From Nitrosopumilus sp. (GTDB lineage: Archaea; Thermoproteota; Nitrososphaeria; Nitrososphaerales; Nitrosopumilaceae), in NCBI GenBank assembly GCA_965218695.1, contig OZ244651.1, positions 128,001-192,000 on the forward strand: a stretch of DNA of 64,000 nt, in the 5' to 3' direction. Positions 18,048-28,858 of this stretch are shown here, in pieces. Below the pieces are notes generated by a model, which saw only the letters and a program-made list of their open reading frames with translations, had not been told where the DNA came from and searched no databases. The first letter of the stretch is position 1, and each line of letters starts with the position of its first letter. The translations under genes were made by a program, and so were the position numbers.

Positions 18048-20363
18048 TTACTCTATGCTGTGCATTGCCTTGAGATCCGCCTGGAACGGTCCGAGGGATT
18101 CTGGAATCTCCATTGTTATGGAATCCTTAAAGGACAGCCCGTCTGACTTTTTTTTGTTCCATACTGCAGAGTTGAATCCGGTAATATCCTTGGTGATGTG
18201 GCTCACGTCCTCGGCCCCCTCCGGCTCTGCCTGCCTCTGTTTGTGGATGCTCTCGTCTGAGTACAGCACCCTCCAAAGGTGTTCTGTGATGAACGGCACT
18301 ATGGGTGCTAGCAACCTGAGTATGGTGGAGAGCACCTTGTGAAGCGTGTACTGCGCACCGTCCCTCTCCTCCTCTGAGAAGCCGACTCCGTATGCCCGCG
18401 CCTTGACCATCTCTACATAGTGGGCTGCAAACAGATTCCACGTGAACTCCCTGAGCGCGATTGCAGGCACAAAAAAATTGTACGTGGCGTATCCCTTTTT
18501 GCACTCTGATACCAGCCGGTCAAGCTCCAAGAGAATCCACCTGTCTGATGCAGAAGGCGTTCCCTCGGCGACTACCGGAAAGCTTGAGAGGAACCTTGAG
18601 ACGTTCCAGAGCTTGCTGAGGAATTTTTTAGTGGACTCTATCCTCTGCTCGTTGCACCTAAAGTCATACCCGTGATTCGCCTCGCTTGCGCTCCAAAACC
18701 TGAACGTGTCTGCGCCGAGCCTCTCTATGACAGGCAGCGGATCTATGGCGTTTCCCTTGCTCTTGCTCATCTTCATTCCCTTCTCGTCAAGGCCGTACCC
18801 CATTATCCACGCCTCAGACCACGGCTTCTCCCCGGTAATCTGATGGCACCGCAGAATGGTATAGTACAGCCATGTCCTGACGATGTCCTTTGACTGCGGC
18901 CTTATTGATGCCGGATACGTCCTTTTGAAGAACTCCTCGTCCCTGCCAAACCTGCTGATAAACAGGGGGGATCCGCTGGAATCCATCCAAGTGTCAAAGG
19001 TCCTCTCCTCCCCTACAAACTCCGAGCCGCCGCACTTGGTACAGCACTTTACGGGACACTTGTCATGCCACGGCCTGTAGTATTTTCCGGGTTCCGGAAC
19101 GTGGGGTTCTGAGCACTCCTTGCAGTACCATATGGGAACCTCCGTACCGTAGTACCTTCTTCTTGATATGGGCCAGTCTATGGATATGGATTCCAGCCAG
19201 TTCATCAGAATCTGCCTGTGCATTACAGGATGGAACAGGGTCTCTTTACCAATCTGCCTGATCTTCTCCACCGAGTCCTTCTGCCTCATATAATACTCGT
19301 CCATGGGTATTATCTCGATGGGATTCCTGCTTCTCTCTGCCACCGGCGTCCTGTGTATTGTGTCCTCGATCCTTTCGACAAGCCCCCCTGCCTTTAGATC
19401 CTCGATTATCCTTGCCCTTGCTTGCTTGGGCCTCAGTCCTGCATACCTGCCTGCAGCCTCTGTCATCCTGCCGTCCATGCCTATGGCCACGACCTCCTCC
19501 AGACCCATCTCACGGAATAGCGCAACATCGTTCCTGTCGCCATAACTGCACACCATCACTGCCCCGGAGCCAAAATCCTGCTTGGCAGACACGTGCGTCT
19601 TCAACTCGACTTCCTGGCCGGTAATGGGAACGACAAGCCGGCACCCCACGTGCTGCCTGTACCTTTCATCATCAGGATTCACTATTACGGTCCTGCACGC
19701 ACAGAGCAGCTCAGGTCTCGTACTTGCAATTACAATGTGGGAGTTCGTCCCCTTGATTCCAAACTTCATGTGGACCAGTTTTGCAGGCAGATCGTCGTAG
19801 GCTATCTCAGCGTATGCTATGGTGGTGCCTGAGACCCAGTCGTAGTCGTTGGGTCTGTTGGCCAGGTATATCCTGCCCTCCTTCCACAGCCTGATGAACG
19901 TGGACTGCGTAAGCGTCCGAAACTCGACTGAATCCGTCCTGTAGTAGTCTGCAAAGTTTCCGCTAATGCCAAGACTCTTCATGATTAGGATCATCTCTGC
20001 CTCCAAGTCGTCAAGGGACACCCTGCACAGGTCCAGAAACTTCTCCCTGTCAGTCTCCCTCATCCTGATGTTGTGCTTCTTTTCTGTGTACATCTCGACT
20101 GGAAGTCCGTTCCTGTCTATTCCTATGGGAAAGTAGACGTTCTTCCCTGCCATTCTTGCAGTCCGCGCAATCATGTCTATCTGGGCATAATGGGCTGCTG
20201 CCCCTATGTGCCACGGCCTGCCTGACGGGTATGGGGGAGGGGTGTCTATGGTATAGTTCTCATCCTGCAGCACAAAGTCGTAGGTCTTCTCCTCTGCCCA
20301 CATGCTGAGGATGTCTCTTTCCAGCTCCGGATTCCATGCCTTCTCTTTTATCTTTGGTTCCAT
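18048..20363 (-). CDS. valS: Valyl-tRNA synthetase
   Basis: IDTPPPYPSG, HIGA (HIGH variant), DWPISRRRYYG, FDTWMDSS, KMSKS. Confidence 0.93.
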   Translation of the reverse strand: MEPKIKEKAWNPELERDILSMWAEEKTYDFVLQDENYTIDTPPPYPSGRPWHIGAAAHYAQIDMIARTARMAGKNVYFPIGIDRNGLPVEMYTEKKHNIRMRETDREKFLDLCRVSLDDLEAEMILIMKSLGISGNFADYYRTDSVEFRTLTQSTFIRLWKEGRIYLANRPNDYDWVSGTTIAYAEIAYDDLPAKLVHMKFGIKGTNSHIVIASTRPELLCACRTVIVNPDDERYRQHVGCRLVVPITGQEVELKTHVSAKQDFGSGAVMVCSYGDRNDVALFREMGLEEVVAIGMDGRMTEAAGRYAGLRPKQARARIIEDLKAGGLVERIEDTIHRTPVAERSRNPIEIIPMDEYYMRQKDSVEKIRQIGKETLFHPVMHRQILMNWLESISIDWPISRRRYYGTEVPIWYCKECSEPHVPEPGKYYRPWHDKCPVKCCTKCGGSEFVGEERTFDTWMDSSGSPLFISRFGRDEEFFKRTYPASIRPQSKDIVRTWLYYTILRCHQITGEKPWSEAWIMGYGLDEKGMKMSKSKGNAIDPLPVIERLGADTFRFWSASEANHGYDFRCNEQRIESTKKFLSKLWNVSRFLSSFPVVAEGTPSASDRWILLELDRLVSECKKGYATYNFFVPAIALREFTWNLFAAHYVEMVKARAYGVGFSEEERDGAQYTLHKVLSTILRLLAPIVPFITEHLWRVLYSDESIHKQRQAEPEGAEDVSHITKDITGFNSAVWNKKKSDGLSFKDSITMEIPESLGPFQADLKAMHSIE

Positions 20364-20366
20364 GGC

Positions 20367-21182
20367 TTACCCTGAGATGTTTGATATTATGTGGGATCCC
20401 TTGTTGTATCCCTCGTATATGTAGACCCCGACTGCCTCCACGTTGGCAGGCATCTTTGGTGCCAGGAGCCTGATTATCTCGCCTGCAAGGTTCTCTACTG
20501 TGGCCTCCCCCTCCAAGACGTACGTGGTGTTTTTTGGAACCTGCAGCCTGAACTTGCCCTTTGGACCGTCAAACTCCACCATGTGGTGCGACTCGTCCTG
20601 GGATGTAACGTATCTGCTGTTTATGAAGAATTTATGGTCAAATGTGTTGACTACCTCCTTGATGATTCCCTTTGCCTGCCCAAAATCCAAAAGAAGGTTG
20701 TCCTTCATCTGGCCTACCAGCTCCACCATTACAGAGGACGTGTGCCCGTGCAGGATGGAGCATTTTTCAACCAGTGGAAGGATATGCGCATAGTCAAAGG
20801 AGAATGACGCATCCTCAAGAAATATCGAGCCTGTCTGGGGCGCCTTGTCATAAAATACCATCTCCTGCAGCTCGTTTATCCGGGCTACATGCTTTGCGCT
20901 TCCAACTGCCATCACCTTCTCTGTTGCCAGGCCCCCCTTGATCTTCTTGTATTTTTCAATCTCTTCCTCTGAGTCGATGACCTCGATGAGACCCTTTTTT
21001 GTTCTAAAGTCGACTGTGGTCTCCTCGCCGTCGTCAAGCCGAATCCTGCAGTTGTACTCGTACTCTTCCCCCAAAAAGTCCAGCATCTGCGCCACTGTGA
21101 GCTCCGTCCTGGTTCTGAGAATGTTTCTCTTCTTGTCAATGTATCTGAACTCTGAATCCAGTATTGTGGGGGTTGGGGCCAT
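20367..21182 (-). CDS. 6-pyruvoyl-tetrahydropterin synthase/QueD-like protein with extra N-terminal domain
   Basis: C-terminal half has FDYAH...C..LHGHT, FDHKF and TVENLA. Confidence 0.85.
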   Translation of the reverse strand: MAPTPTILDSEFRYIDKKRNILRTRTELTVAQMLDFLGEEYEYNCRIRLDDGEETTVDFRTKKGLIEVIDSEEEIEKYKKIKGGLATEKVMAVGSAKHVARINELQEMVFYDKAPQTGSIFLEDASFSFDYAHILPLVEKCSILHGHTSSVMVELVGQMKDNLLLDFGQAKGIIKEVVNTFDHKFFINSRYVTSQDESHHMVEFDGPKGKFRLQVPKNTTYVLEGEATVENLAGEIIRLLAPKMPANVEAVGVYIYEGYNKGSHIISNISG

Positions 21183-21370
21183 GCAGAATCATCTGCCCCT
21201 GATTAATATAAATTCTGTAATGTCTGGGGGAACCCACAAAAGTCCACACGGTCGACGGTTTGGGCGCGATCCCCCATTGTGATGTTTGGCTACAGCCCCC
21301 CTCTCCCACTCCAGACTGTCATTCTTGCGATGCAGGGCATTCATGCACCCACGGTATCTGGCGTATACTG

Positions 21371-21649
21371 TCACACCAGCGAGTCCAGGATTCTGGCAAG
21401 ATCAGTATCATTCTTGGTAATCCCCCCGGCGTCATGCGTCATCAGGTCTATCGTGATTCGGTTGTAAACGTTGAACCACTCGGGATGGTGGTTCATCTTT
21501 TCAATCTCCATGGCAGCCCTGGTCATGAATCCAAATGCTCGGTTGAAGCTCTCAAACTCAAAGACCTTGTGGAGCTTTCCATTCATGACGCTCCAGCCTT
21601 CAAGACTCTTCTGCTCCTCTATAATCTCATCTGAGGTCAGCATTCTCAT
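21371..21649 (-). CDS. Pterin-4-alpha-carbinolamine dehydratase
   Basis: NHHPEWFNVYNRI.I.LMTHDAGGIT..D. Confidence 0.95.
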   Translation of the reverse strand: MRMLTSDEIIEEQKSLEGWSVMNGKLHKVFEFESFNRAFGFMTRAAMEIEKMNHHPEWFNVYNRITIDLMTHDAGGITKNDTDLARILDSLV

Positions 21650-21697
21650 ACCAGTCAGTCCGCAGAACAGTAGTTAAAGGGTTTTATCTGTAGTGGT

Positions 21698-22480
21698 GTG
21701 ATGACTCCTGGGGATACTGGTGCACTCTTTGAGGGGCTGAAAAGCGCCATAGCCAAAACCGTCAAAAACAACAGAATCGGCATTGCCTTCTCCGGCGGTG
21801 TCGACAGTGCGCTTATCTCAAAGACGTGTCTGGACATGGGGTATGACATCACACTGCTGACAGTCGGATTTTCAGACTCGCATGACATACTGTTTGCAAG
21901 GCAGGTCAACGAGGAGATGCGTCTTCCCCACCACGTGCTTGAAATTGATCCCGAAACATTCCCCCAAACCCTGACTAAAATTTGCAGCATCGTAAAGACC
22001 GACAACCTGTCGTGGATTGAAAACTGCATCGCATTTTACTACATCTCAGGCCTTGCAAGGAGCCACGGCCTTGACTCTGTGGTGACTGCAAACGGAATCG
22101 ACGAGCTCTTCTGCGGCTATCACGCATACCTCAAAGCAATCGAGTACGGGGAACAGCGGGTAATGGACGTGATGGCCTCCAAGATAGACAACGAGCTTAA
22201 AATGATGAAGGCAGTGGATCTGGTTGCCTCCGAATACGGCGTGACATTCCTGCAACCTCTTCTGTCCCCCGAGTTCATAACGCTTGCCATGTCGGTTCCC
22301 GTATCAGAAAAGATTGATGGCCCTGATGACATGTACCGCAAGCACATCATACGTACAATAGCCCGTACGACAGGCGTTCCTGAGATCTCCTGCTCAAAGA
22401 AAAAGAAGGCACTCCAATATGGCTCCAGAATCCACAAAAAACTGCTAAAGGCTAAGAGACCCTCTTTGTTGTATTCCTGA
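21698..22480 (+). CDS. Asparagine synthase C-terminal (PP-loop) domain protein
   Basis: AFSGGVDS, GIDELFCGY, KKALQYGS. Confidence 0.88.
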   Translation: MMTPGDTGALFEGLKSAIAKTVKNNRIGIAFSGGVDSALISKTCLDMGYDITLLTVGFSDSHDILFARQVNEEMRLPHHVLEIDPETFPQTLTKICSIVKTDNLSWIENCIAFYYISGLARSHGLDSVVTANGIDELFCGYHAYLKAIEYGEQRVMDVMASKIDNELKMMKAVDLVASEYGVTFLQPLLSPEFITLAMSVPVSEKIDGPDDMYRKHIIRTIARTTGVPEISCSKKKKALQYGSRIHKKLLKAKRPSLLYS

Positions 22481-23813
22481 CAATCCTTCGTACATTTTTA
22501 ATTATTCTGACTGACGCGCCAAGATGCTTGTCTGCCCGGAATATGGCATCAATCTCGTCATCGTCAAGCCTTGAGGAGAACGCCCTGTCGTTTCTGACTG
22601 CCTGTGCATACTGGATTTTGCTGTCCCTTGCCTCAAAGGCGACCCTCTGAACGTCCCTGTATGCCTCAAACCTTGGAACGCCCTTTTTGATGAGCGCCTC
22701 CAAAACAAACTCGGCAAAGATCTGCCCCCTTGTGGCCTCCAGATTACTTGCAATCCTCTCCTCGTCAACTAACAGGTTTGATATTACTCCTGCCATGGTC
22801 CTGAGCATCTCGTCCACCAGTATGGACACTGTCGGAATCACAAATCTCTCGTTGGCAGAGTTTGACAGGTCCCGTTCATGCCACAGCGGTATGTTCTCAA
22901 AGGAGATTGCGATGTTGCTCCTCACCATTCTGGACAGCGACGAGACCCGTTCGCTCTTGATCGGGTTCCTCTTGACCGGAACCGCACTGCTTCCCATCTG
23001 GCCCTTTTTGAACTGCTCGGCCACCTCGCCTATCTCGGTTCTCTGCAGGTTCCTTATCTCCACTGCAATCTTCTCAAGCGTTGCACCTATCAGCGCCAGC
23101 TCAAAGACATACTCTGCATATCTCTCCCTTGGGACTATCTGGGTGGCTACATCTGCAGGATAAAGTCCGAGGCGCTGCGCCACCATCTTCTGGATATCCA
23201 GTGCGTCTGCACCCATCAGCGAGCCTGTTCCCACAACGCCTAGGGTCTTGCAGATCAAAACCCTCCTTCTAATCTCTTCAATCCTCTTCACATGCATTGC
23301 CATCTCTGCGGCCCAGTTTGCAAACTTTAGGCCAAACGATATGATGCTTGCATGCTGACCGTGGGTTCTTCCAACGGCCGGAACCCTTGCATACCTTGTA
23401 GCCTTCTCCTCTAGGATGGCAGCCATCTCTGCCGTCTTTTTCTGGATTATTCTCAGCGCGTCCCTCATCTGCATGGAGTTGCTCGTATCCACCAGATCAT
23501 TGCTTGTAAGGCCGTAGTGGATCCACGGCCTTGCATCCGTACTGCACTTCTCGCTTAACGCCTCCACCAGTGCCGCCGTGTCGTGGTCGCTTGCAGCCTC
23601 CAGCTCCTTGACCCTCTTTGCCGTAATTCCTCCGGAGGTTGCAGCCTTGAAGATATCCTCTCCGGCACTCTCCGGAATCATCCCCATCGTACCCTGGGAT
23701 ATGGCAACTGCCCCCTCTATCTCCAACTGGTATTCGATCTTTTGTTGCTCCTCAAAGATGTCTGTCATCTCCTTTGTGCCGTAGCGGCCGCTGTCGATGG
23801 GTAGTATTGCCAA
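22452..23813 (-). CDS. purB: Adenylosuccinate lyase
   Basis: HYGLTSND, GRTHGQHA, GSSAVPVKRNP, HERDLSNSA. Probable TTG start. Confidence 0.96.
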   Translation of the reverse strand: MAILPIDSGRYGTKEMTDIFEEQQKIEYQLEIEGAVAISQGTMGMIPESAGEDIFKAATSGGITAKRVKELEAASDHDTAALVEALSEKCSTDARPWIHYGLTSNDLVDTSNSMQMRDALRIIQKKTAEMAAILEEKATRYARVPAVGRTHGQHASIISFGLKFANWAAEMAMHVKRIEEIRRRVLICKTLGVVGTGSLMGADALDIQKMVAQRLGLYPADVATQIVPRERYAEYVFELALIGATLEKIAVEIRNLQRTEIGEVAEQFKKGQMGSSAVPVKRNPIKSERVSSLSRMVRSNIAISFENIPLWHERDLSNSANERFVIPTVSILVDEMLRTMAGVISNLLVDEERIASNLEATRGQIFAEFVLEALIKKGVPRFEAYRDVQRVAFEARDSKIQYAQAVRNDRAFSSRLDDDEIDAIFRADKHLGASVRIIKNVRRIVRNTTKRVS

Positions 23814-23969
23814 TACTTGGCATGCATGTATATCTGAAATAAATCTACTCATAGCAGTACCTTGCCCGGTCGTCTCCGAGGAGATCGGACAAGAACCAAG
23901 TTTGGGTGGGAGCCTGCCGGGACGTCAGAAAGAGACAAAGGAATCCAGCCGAGCCAAATTGCACCTTTG

Positions 23970-25495
23970 GTAAGTGTTCACGTCGTGCCTAATTCAGTTC
24001 ACTCTTGGGTAAATTTTGTGCAAACCACAGATCCAAATAGGATGGTAATCCAAACCCGATGTGAAAAGCCAGGCTGAACTCAAAAAGATGTACACGGATC
24101 TCAAGACTGAGAACATCAAGCTCAAGCAGACGATTGAGATGCAAGGGCAGATAATTGAGGAATTGAATCTGGCAGTTGCTGATCTTAAGCGCAGGCTGGT
24201 GCGGCATGACAATTACAACACCCCGTCATCACAAAAAAGGGGGCCCGGATGGCCTGACACAAAGGGAAAAGGCGACGAAAAGAATGCCTACAATAAATCC
24301 ACAAAAGCCTCCCGGGATCAAAAGGACCGCGTGGATGCGGCCGGCAGCGGGAAGTCGCGCGGGGGGCAAAAAGGCCACATGGGCCGCACCCGCAAGCCAA
24401 AACCCACCGAGTTTGAGGAACACACCCCGGAGGCCTGCCCCGAATGCGGCTCGGGTAGCCTTTCCATAGTGCAGTCAGAAAAACGCGACATTACCAGGGT
24501 GGAGCGCACGATAAAGGTCATCACCACGCGCCACACCATAAACACGTGTCGCTGCTCCTGCGGTCTGGTGGACATCAAGCCCGAGACCGGCCTTCCAGAC
24601 AAGGGCAGCTACGATCCGAGCATAACGACTGATGTTGCAGACGATTACGTGTGTCGCATGCCGTTTAGGATGATCGCAGACCGCATGTCGCGGTACGGAA
24701 TTACACTCTCCTCGGGCACGGCGCACAACATAATGCGCAGGCTGGGAACGTCGCTGGGCGCCCCTGCGGCAGCCATTGCCGCCATGATACGCAAGGCCAA
24801 GATACTGCACGCCGACGAGACATCGATTCACCTAAACGGCCGCAACGTCTGGGTGTGGATACTGCACGATCCGCTGACCGGGCACGCGCTGTACGTGATA
24901 CGGGACAGCCGGGGGGCAAAGGTTCTGAAAGAAGCGCTTGGGGGTTGGGACGGCACGTTAGTGTGCGACGGCTGGACGGCGTACGGAAAATACCGCGTCC
25001 AGCGCTGCTGGTCGCACATAATACGCGAGGCCAGGGACATCTGCAACCGCAATCCGGACTGCCCAGGCGCGCGCAACGTCCTGAAGCACCTGCGCATAAT
25101 CTATGATTATGCCAGAAGGGCAAGCAGGAAACGCTCGCGCTCTCTCCGGGACAACGCGTCTGCCATGCTGACGTCATGCATCGAAAAGATCGTTGCAAGG
25201 TACGCCGACGATCCAATATTGGAAAAATTCATGGTCAAGATCAGCAATGCTGGCAGCGACCTGTTCCGGTTCGTGCTGAACCCAAAGATCCCGCCTACAA
25301 ACAATGCTGCAGAACGCGGGTTGCGCGAGATAGTCGTGCACAGAAAAATACGGGGCAGCATAAGGGCAGAGGAGACGATGACGTGGATGGCGAATTTCTT
25401 TTCATGTGTAATGACATGGAAAAACAAGAAATTGGATTACTTGGCGGAGATTGCAAAATACGCCTAAAAATGAGTTAAACCACGTGAACACTTAC
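23970..25495 (+). mobile_element. IS66 family element (single-ORF, ISBst12-like)
   Basis: Perfect 14-bp TIR GTAAGTGTTCACGT. 8-bp TSD CACCTTTG at 23962-23969 and 25496-25503. Confidence 0.95.
24061..25467 (+). CDS. IS66 transposase
   Basis: NTPSS, GGQKGH.G, CPECG, HADET, CDGW..Y, QRCWSH, PTNNAAERGLR. Confidence 0.95.
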   Translation: MKSQAELKKMYTDLKTENIKLKQTIEMQGQIIEELNLAVADLKRRLVRHDNYNTPSSQKRGPGWPDTKGKGDEKNAYNKSTKASRDQKDRVDAAGSGKSRGGQKGHMGRTRKPKPTEFEEHTPEACPECGSGSLSIVQSEKRDITRVERTIKVITTRHTINTCRCSCGLVDIKPETGLPDKGSYDPSITTDVADDYVCRMPFRMIADRMSRYGITLSSGTAHNIMRRLGTSLGAPAAAIAAMIRKAKILHADETSIHLNGRNVWVWILHDPLTGHALYVIRDSRGAKVLKEALGGWDGTLVCDGWTAYGKYRVQRCWSHIIREARDICNRNPDCPGARNVLKHLRIIYDYARRASRKRSRSLRDNASAMLTSCIEKIVARYADDPILEKFMVKISNAGSDLFRFVLNPKIPPTNNAAERGLREIVVHRKIRGSIRAEETMTWMANFFSCVMTWKNKKLDYLAEIAKYA

Positions 25496-25612
25496 CACCT
25501 TTGTATGTGGTTCCCAATAATTACCTGAACAGACCCACATCTGAATAAATAACGGCATGCCCTCTTCTTCTGATGGTTTAAATTAGATTGGGCAGAAATC
25601 CTCCCAATACTT

Positions 25613-27061
25613 ATGCCTGCCACTGTCCCCAGAAGGATTGCCAACAACCAGTACCAGATAGACGCAGACTCGAATCTTGGAATGAGGGTGCCTGTACGAA
25701 TCTATGCCGACGAGACGCTCCTTGCAAAGATGCTCACTGACAGGACAATAAGGCAGGCCCGGAACGTCTCATCAATTCCGGGAATCGTGGGTTGCAGTAT
25801 CGTCCTGCCTGACGGCCACGAGGGATATGGGTTTCCAGTAGGCGGGGTTGCTGCCATGGATGCCAAGGAGGGAATGATAAGTCCAGGCGGTGTCGGATAC
25901 GACATCAACTGCGGCGTTCGGCTGCTACGATCCAGTCTGACGGAGAAACAAGTTCGTTCCCGGCTGAAAGATCTTGTAAATGATCTGTTTGGCTCCATTC
26001 CGTCCGGAGTAGGCTCCAAGGGTGCAGTAAAGCTGAGCTATTCTGAGCTTGACGAGGTCCTGGTGAGGGGGGTGGACTGGGCAGTTGATCACGGGTATGG
26101 CTCTTCTGATGACTCTGACGTGTGTGAGGAGAATGGCCGGATTCCCAAGGCGGATCCAAACAAGGTCTCTGAAAAGGCGCGAAAGAGGGGTGCCCCCCAA
26201 CTTGGAAGCCTGGGTTCTGGAAACCATTTTCTTGAGGTTCAGAGGGTGACAGAGATTCACGACCGGCAGGCAGCAGAGCGGATGGGCATCAAGGAGGGGT
26301 CAGTCACGATCCTGATCCACTGCGGTTCAAGAGGGTTTGGGCACCAGGTATGTAGCGACTATCTTAGAATATCCGAACAGGCGATGTCAAGGTATGACAT
26401 AAGACTTCCCGACAGGGAGCTTGCATGCGTGCCAAACACATCCGAGGAAGGCGAATCCTACAGGAGTGCAATGTTTGCAGCGTTGAACTTTGCATGGAGC
26501 AACCGGCAGATGATTACCCACTGGACTAGAAAGTCCTTCCAGCGTGTCTTTGGACAAACCGAATCTGATCTTGACATGGGACTGGTTTATGATGTATCTC
26601 ACAATATTGCAAAGATTGAAAAGCACAAGGTTGACGGAGTCCACCGGGATCTCGTGGTTCACAGAAAGGGCGCGACAAGGGCATTCCCTGCAAACCGCAA
26701 GGAGATACCATCGCGGTACCGGGACCTGGGCCAGCCTGTCCTGATTCCGGGTTCCATGGGAACTGCAAGCTGGATTCTGCTGGGCCAGCCAGGCTCCATG
26801 AATCTGAGCTTTGGCTCTACTGCGCACGGTGCAGGAAGAATGATGTCAAGATCAAAGGCCCGGAGAAACTATACCGAGGACGGCGTAAAGAAATCCCTGC
26901 ACGACAAAGGCATATTCATCAAATCCCTGACCCGGGACGGGGTCGTGGAGGAGACGCCGCAGGCATACAAGGATGTCGATGCCGTTGTTGATGTCTCCCA
27001 CTCTCTGGGAATTGCTACCAAGGTTGCAAAGCTGGTGCCGATAGGTGTGATAAAGGGTTGA
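25613..27061 (+). CDS. rtcB: tRNA-splicing ligase RtcB
   Basis: PDGHEGYGFPVGG, DINCG, GSLGSGNHFLE, HRKGAT, PGSMG, HGAGR. Confidence 0.97.
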   Translation: MPATVPRRIANNQYQIDADSNLGMRVPVRIYADETLLAKMLTDRTIRQARNVSSIPGIVGCSIVLPDGHEGYGFPVGGVAAMDAKEGMISPGGVGYDINCGVRLLRSSLTEKQVRSRLKDLVNDLFGSIPSGVGSKGAVKLSYSELDEVLVRGVDWAVDHGYGSSDDSDVCEENGRIPKADPNKVSEKARKRGAPQLGSLGSGNHFLEVQRVTEIHDRQAAERMGIKEGSVTILIHCGSRGFGHQVCSDYLRISEQAMSRYDIRLPDRELACVPNTSEEGESYRSAMFAALNFAWSNRQMITHWTRKSFQRVFGQTESDLDMGLVYDVSHNIAKIEKHKVDGVHRDLVVHRKGATRAFPANRKEIPSRYRDLGQPVLIPGSMGTASWILLGQPGSMNLSFGSTAHGAGRMMSRSKARRNYTEDGVKKSLHDKGIFIKSLTRDGVVEETPQAYKDVDAVVDVSHSLGIATKVAKLVPIGVIKG

Positions 27062-27465
27062 GCGACGATCTGGAACTTGAAAGACTCAAGGCAAGGCGCC
27101 TGGCTGAGATGCAGCAGAACATCCAGAGGAAGAGCGAGCAGCAGATTCAAAAACCATCAGAGAGCAGTCCTGCCATTACCCCGCGTGGCATCCTTGCAGA
27201 CAGGCTGGGATTTAGAGGCCTGGAGGTGCTGGAGAACGCAGAATCCCAGTTCCCAAACGAGACTGCAATGGTCGTGGACAAGCTCGCAGAACTAATCAAA
27301 GCCGGCGAGATCCGGGAAGCGCTTGACGGGGGAAAACTTCTTGCATTGTTCAGGGCGGTGGGACTGTACGTCAGGATGGCAACCAAGATAAACGTGGAGC
27401 AGGACGGCAAGTTTGTATCCCTCACTGAAAAACTCCAAAGACAATCCTCAGGTGAGGAATCGTGA
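27058..27465 (+). CDS. PDCD5-like dsDNA-binding protein
   Basis: DLELERLKARRLAEMQ N-terminus and overall PDCD5 pattern. Confidence 0.75.
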   Translation: MSDDLELERLKARRLAEMQQNIQRKSEQQIQKPSESSPAITPRGILADRLGFRGLEVLENAESQFPNETAMVVDKLAELIKAGEIREALDGGKLLALFRAVGLYVRMATKINVEQDGKFVSLTEKLQRQSSGEES

Positions 27466-27773
27466 GCGTAATACTGGAGATTGCGACAAAAAGCTACGGC
27501 GATGATCTCCTGATGATCAAAAAGGCACTCTCGCACATGGAGAGCCTTTCAGGCCACTACAACGGATACGTTCTTGGCAGCCCCTCATCTAGGTTTGGAT
27601 GGACATTCTTCAGGCTGGCATTTAAGGCAGACATGCAAGAAAGCATAGATAAGAAATTCTCTGACATGATATCCCGGTATGGGCGGGGAAACCGTCTGGA
27701 GAAGTTTGTGCAGTTTATGACTGATTATCTTAACTCTCGTGGCTGTAACATAAAGGTAAAACTGGTAAGCTAG
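27462..27773 (+). CDS. Hypothetical protein
   Basis: Overlaps the upstream stop (GTGA coupling). Confidence 0.75.
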   Translation: MSVILEIATKSYGDDLLMIKKALSHMESLSGHYNGYVLGSPSSRFGWTFFRLAFKADMQESIDKKFSDMISRYGRGNRLEKFVQFMTDYLNSRGCNIKVKLVS

Positions 27774-28438
27774 ACCCTTCTTCCCCTCTTTCCACCCTTC
27801 TTTCTGGTGGTGTCGTGTGGAATGGGCGTAACATCATCAATTCGTCCGATCTTGAATCCGCCTCTGGCCAGGGCTCTTATGGCAGCCTGCGCTCCCGGAC
27901 CTGGAACCCTTGAACCGACGCCGCCTACTGCACGGACTCTGATGTGAAATCCTGCAAACCCCTTGGTTCTTGCAGACTCTACCACCGCATTTGCCGCCTT
28001 CATAGCGGCAAACGGTGATGATTCGTATCTGTCTGCATTGACATGTATTCCGCCTGAACTGATGGCAACTGTCTCACCGCCGGTAAGATCAGTCATGTGT
28101 ATGATTGTATTGTTGTAGCTGCTGAAGATGTGTGCAATTCCCCATTTCTCAGGATTCTCCTTTTTTGGTTCCGGCCGGATCTTGTTCTCAGTCTTTTCTG
28201 ATTTTGTCTCCTTTGCAGGTTGAACATCGCCGGCTTCTGCCTCAACCTTTGGTTCTGTACCGGCTTCTGCCTCAACCTTTGGTTCTGTACCGGCTTCTGC
28301 CTCAACCTTTGGTTCTGTACCGGCTTCTGCCTCAACCTCCACGTCTATTTTGACCTCCGTCTCAGCTTTGACTTCTACCTTGGCGATGGCTTGTTCTTCT
28401 AGATCTACCTCGGCTTCTGGTTTTTCAGCATCTGACAA
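27770..28438 (-). CDS. rps11: 30S ribosomal protein uS11 with acidic N-terminal extension
   Basis: [49 protein letters not shown]. Confidence 0.97.
   Translation of the reverse strand: MSDAEKPEAEVDLEEQAIAKVEVKAETEVKIDVEVEAEAGTEPKVEAEAGTEPKVEAEAGTEPKVEAEAGDVQPAKETKSEKTENKIRPEPKKENPEKWGIAHIFSSYNNTIIHMTDLTGGETVAISSGGIHVNADRYESSPFAAMKAANAVVESARTKGFAGFHIRVRAVGGVGSRVPGPGAQAAIRALARGGFKIGRIDDVTPIPHDTTRKKGGKRGRRV
28230..28338. repeat. 30-bp tandem repeat x3.6 within rps11 ([10 protein letters not shown])
   Basis: CCGGCTTCTGCCTCAACCTTTGGTTCTGTA repeated perfectly. Confidence 0.95.
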
Positions 28439-28537
28439 TAACTACACAGATCTCCAAGGGTTTAAAATACATTGATTTTTTGTTCCCCAAAACCCAAAAT
28501 TTGTACCTACACAAATATCATGTATGCGTACCCTCTG

Positions 28538-28858
28538 ATGGTGACCTCAATCATTCTAATTGCAGTCGGGCTTGCAGTAACTGTTGCCGTGTTCGGCTTT
28601 ATAATGCTGCAGTCTCTCTCCCCTCTTGGTGATGCGATCCTGTCTCCAGTAGAGCAGAAATGCCGGCAGATCGCCAACGAGGGATACCGGATTCATGCGG
28701 CCTATCCGGATTCAAGCTTTGATGCGATTCCAGAAGAGGATGCGCAAAAAATGATCAGACTTGACGAGAGGTGGATCAACGAATGCGTATCTGTCCTGCC
28801 TACAGCCACCATTATTGAGATAGTGGATGGCGTGGAACGCAAGAACTTTGGCGAATGA
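28538..28858 (+). CDS. Membrane-anchored hypothetical protein
   Basis: N-terminal TM segment; start uncertain (ORF opens at 28472). Confidence 0.7.
   Translation: MVTSIILIAVGLAVTVAVFGFIMLQSLSPLGDAILSPVEQKCRQIANEGYRIHAAYPDSSFDAIPEEDAQKMIRLDERWINECVSVLPTATIIEIVDGVERKNFGE

Noticed and set aside
23855-23969. Hairpin-rich spacer upstream of purB as an ncRNA interrupted by IS66
   Set aside because: Only short imperfect stems and no recognisable family motif.
28230-28338. Short direct repeats here and at 39425-39546 and 53084-53188 as possible CRISPR arrays
   Set aside because: They are head-to-tail with no spacers, have unit lengths that are multiples of 3, and lie inside coding frames. No cas genes are present.
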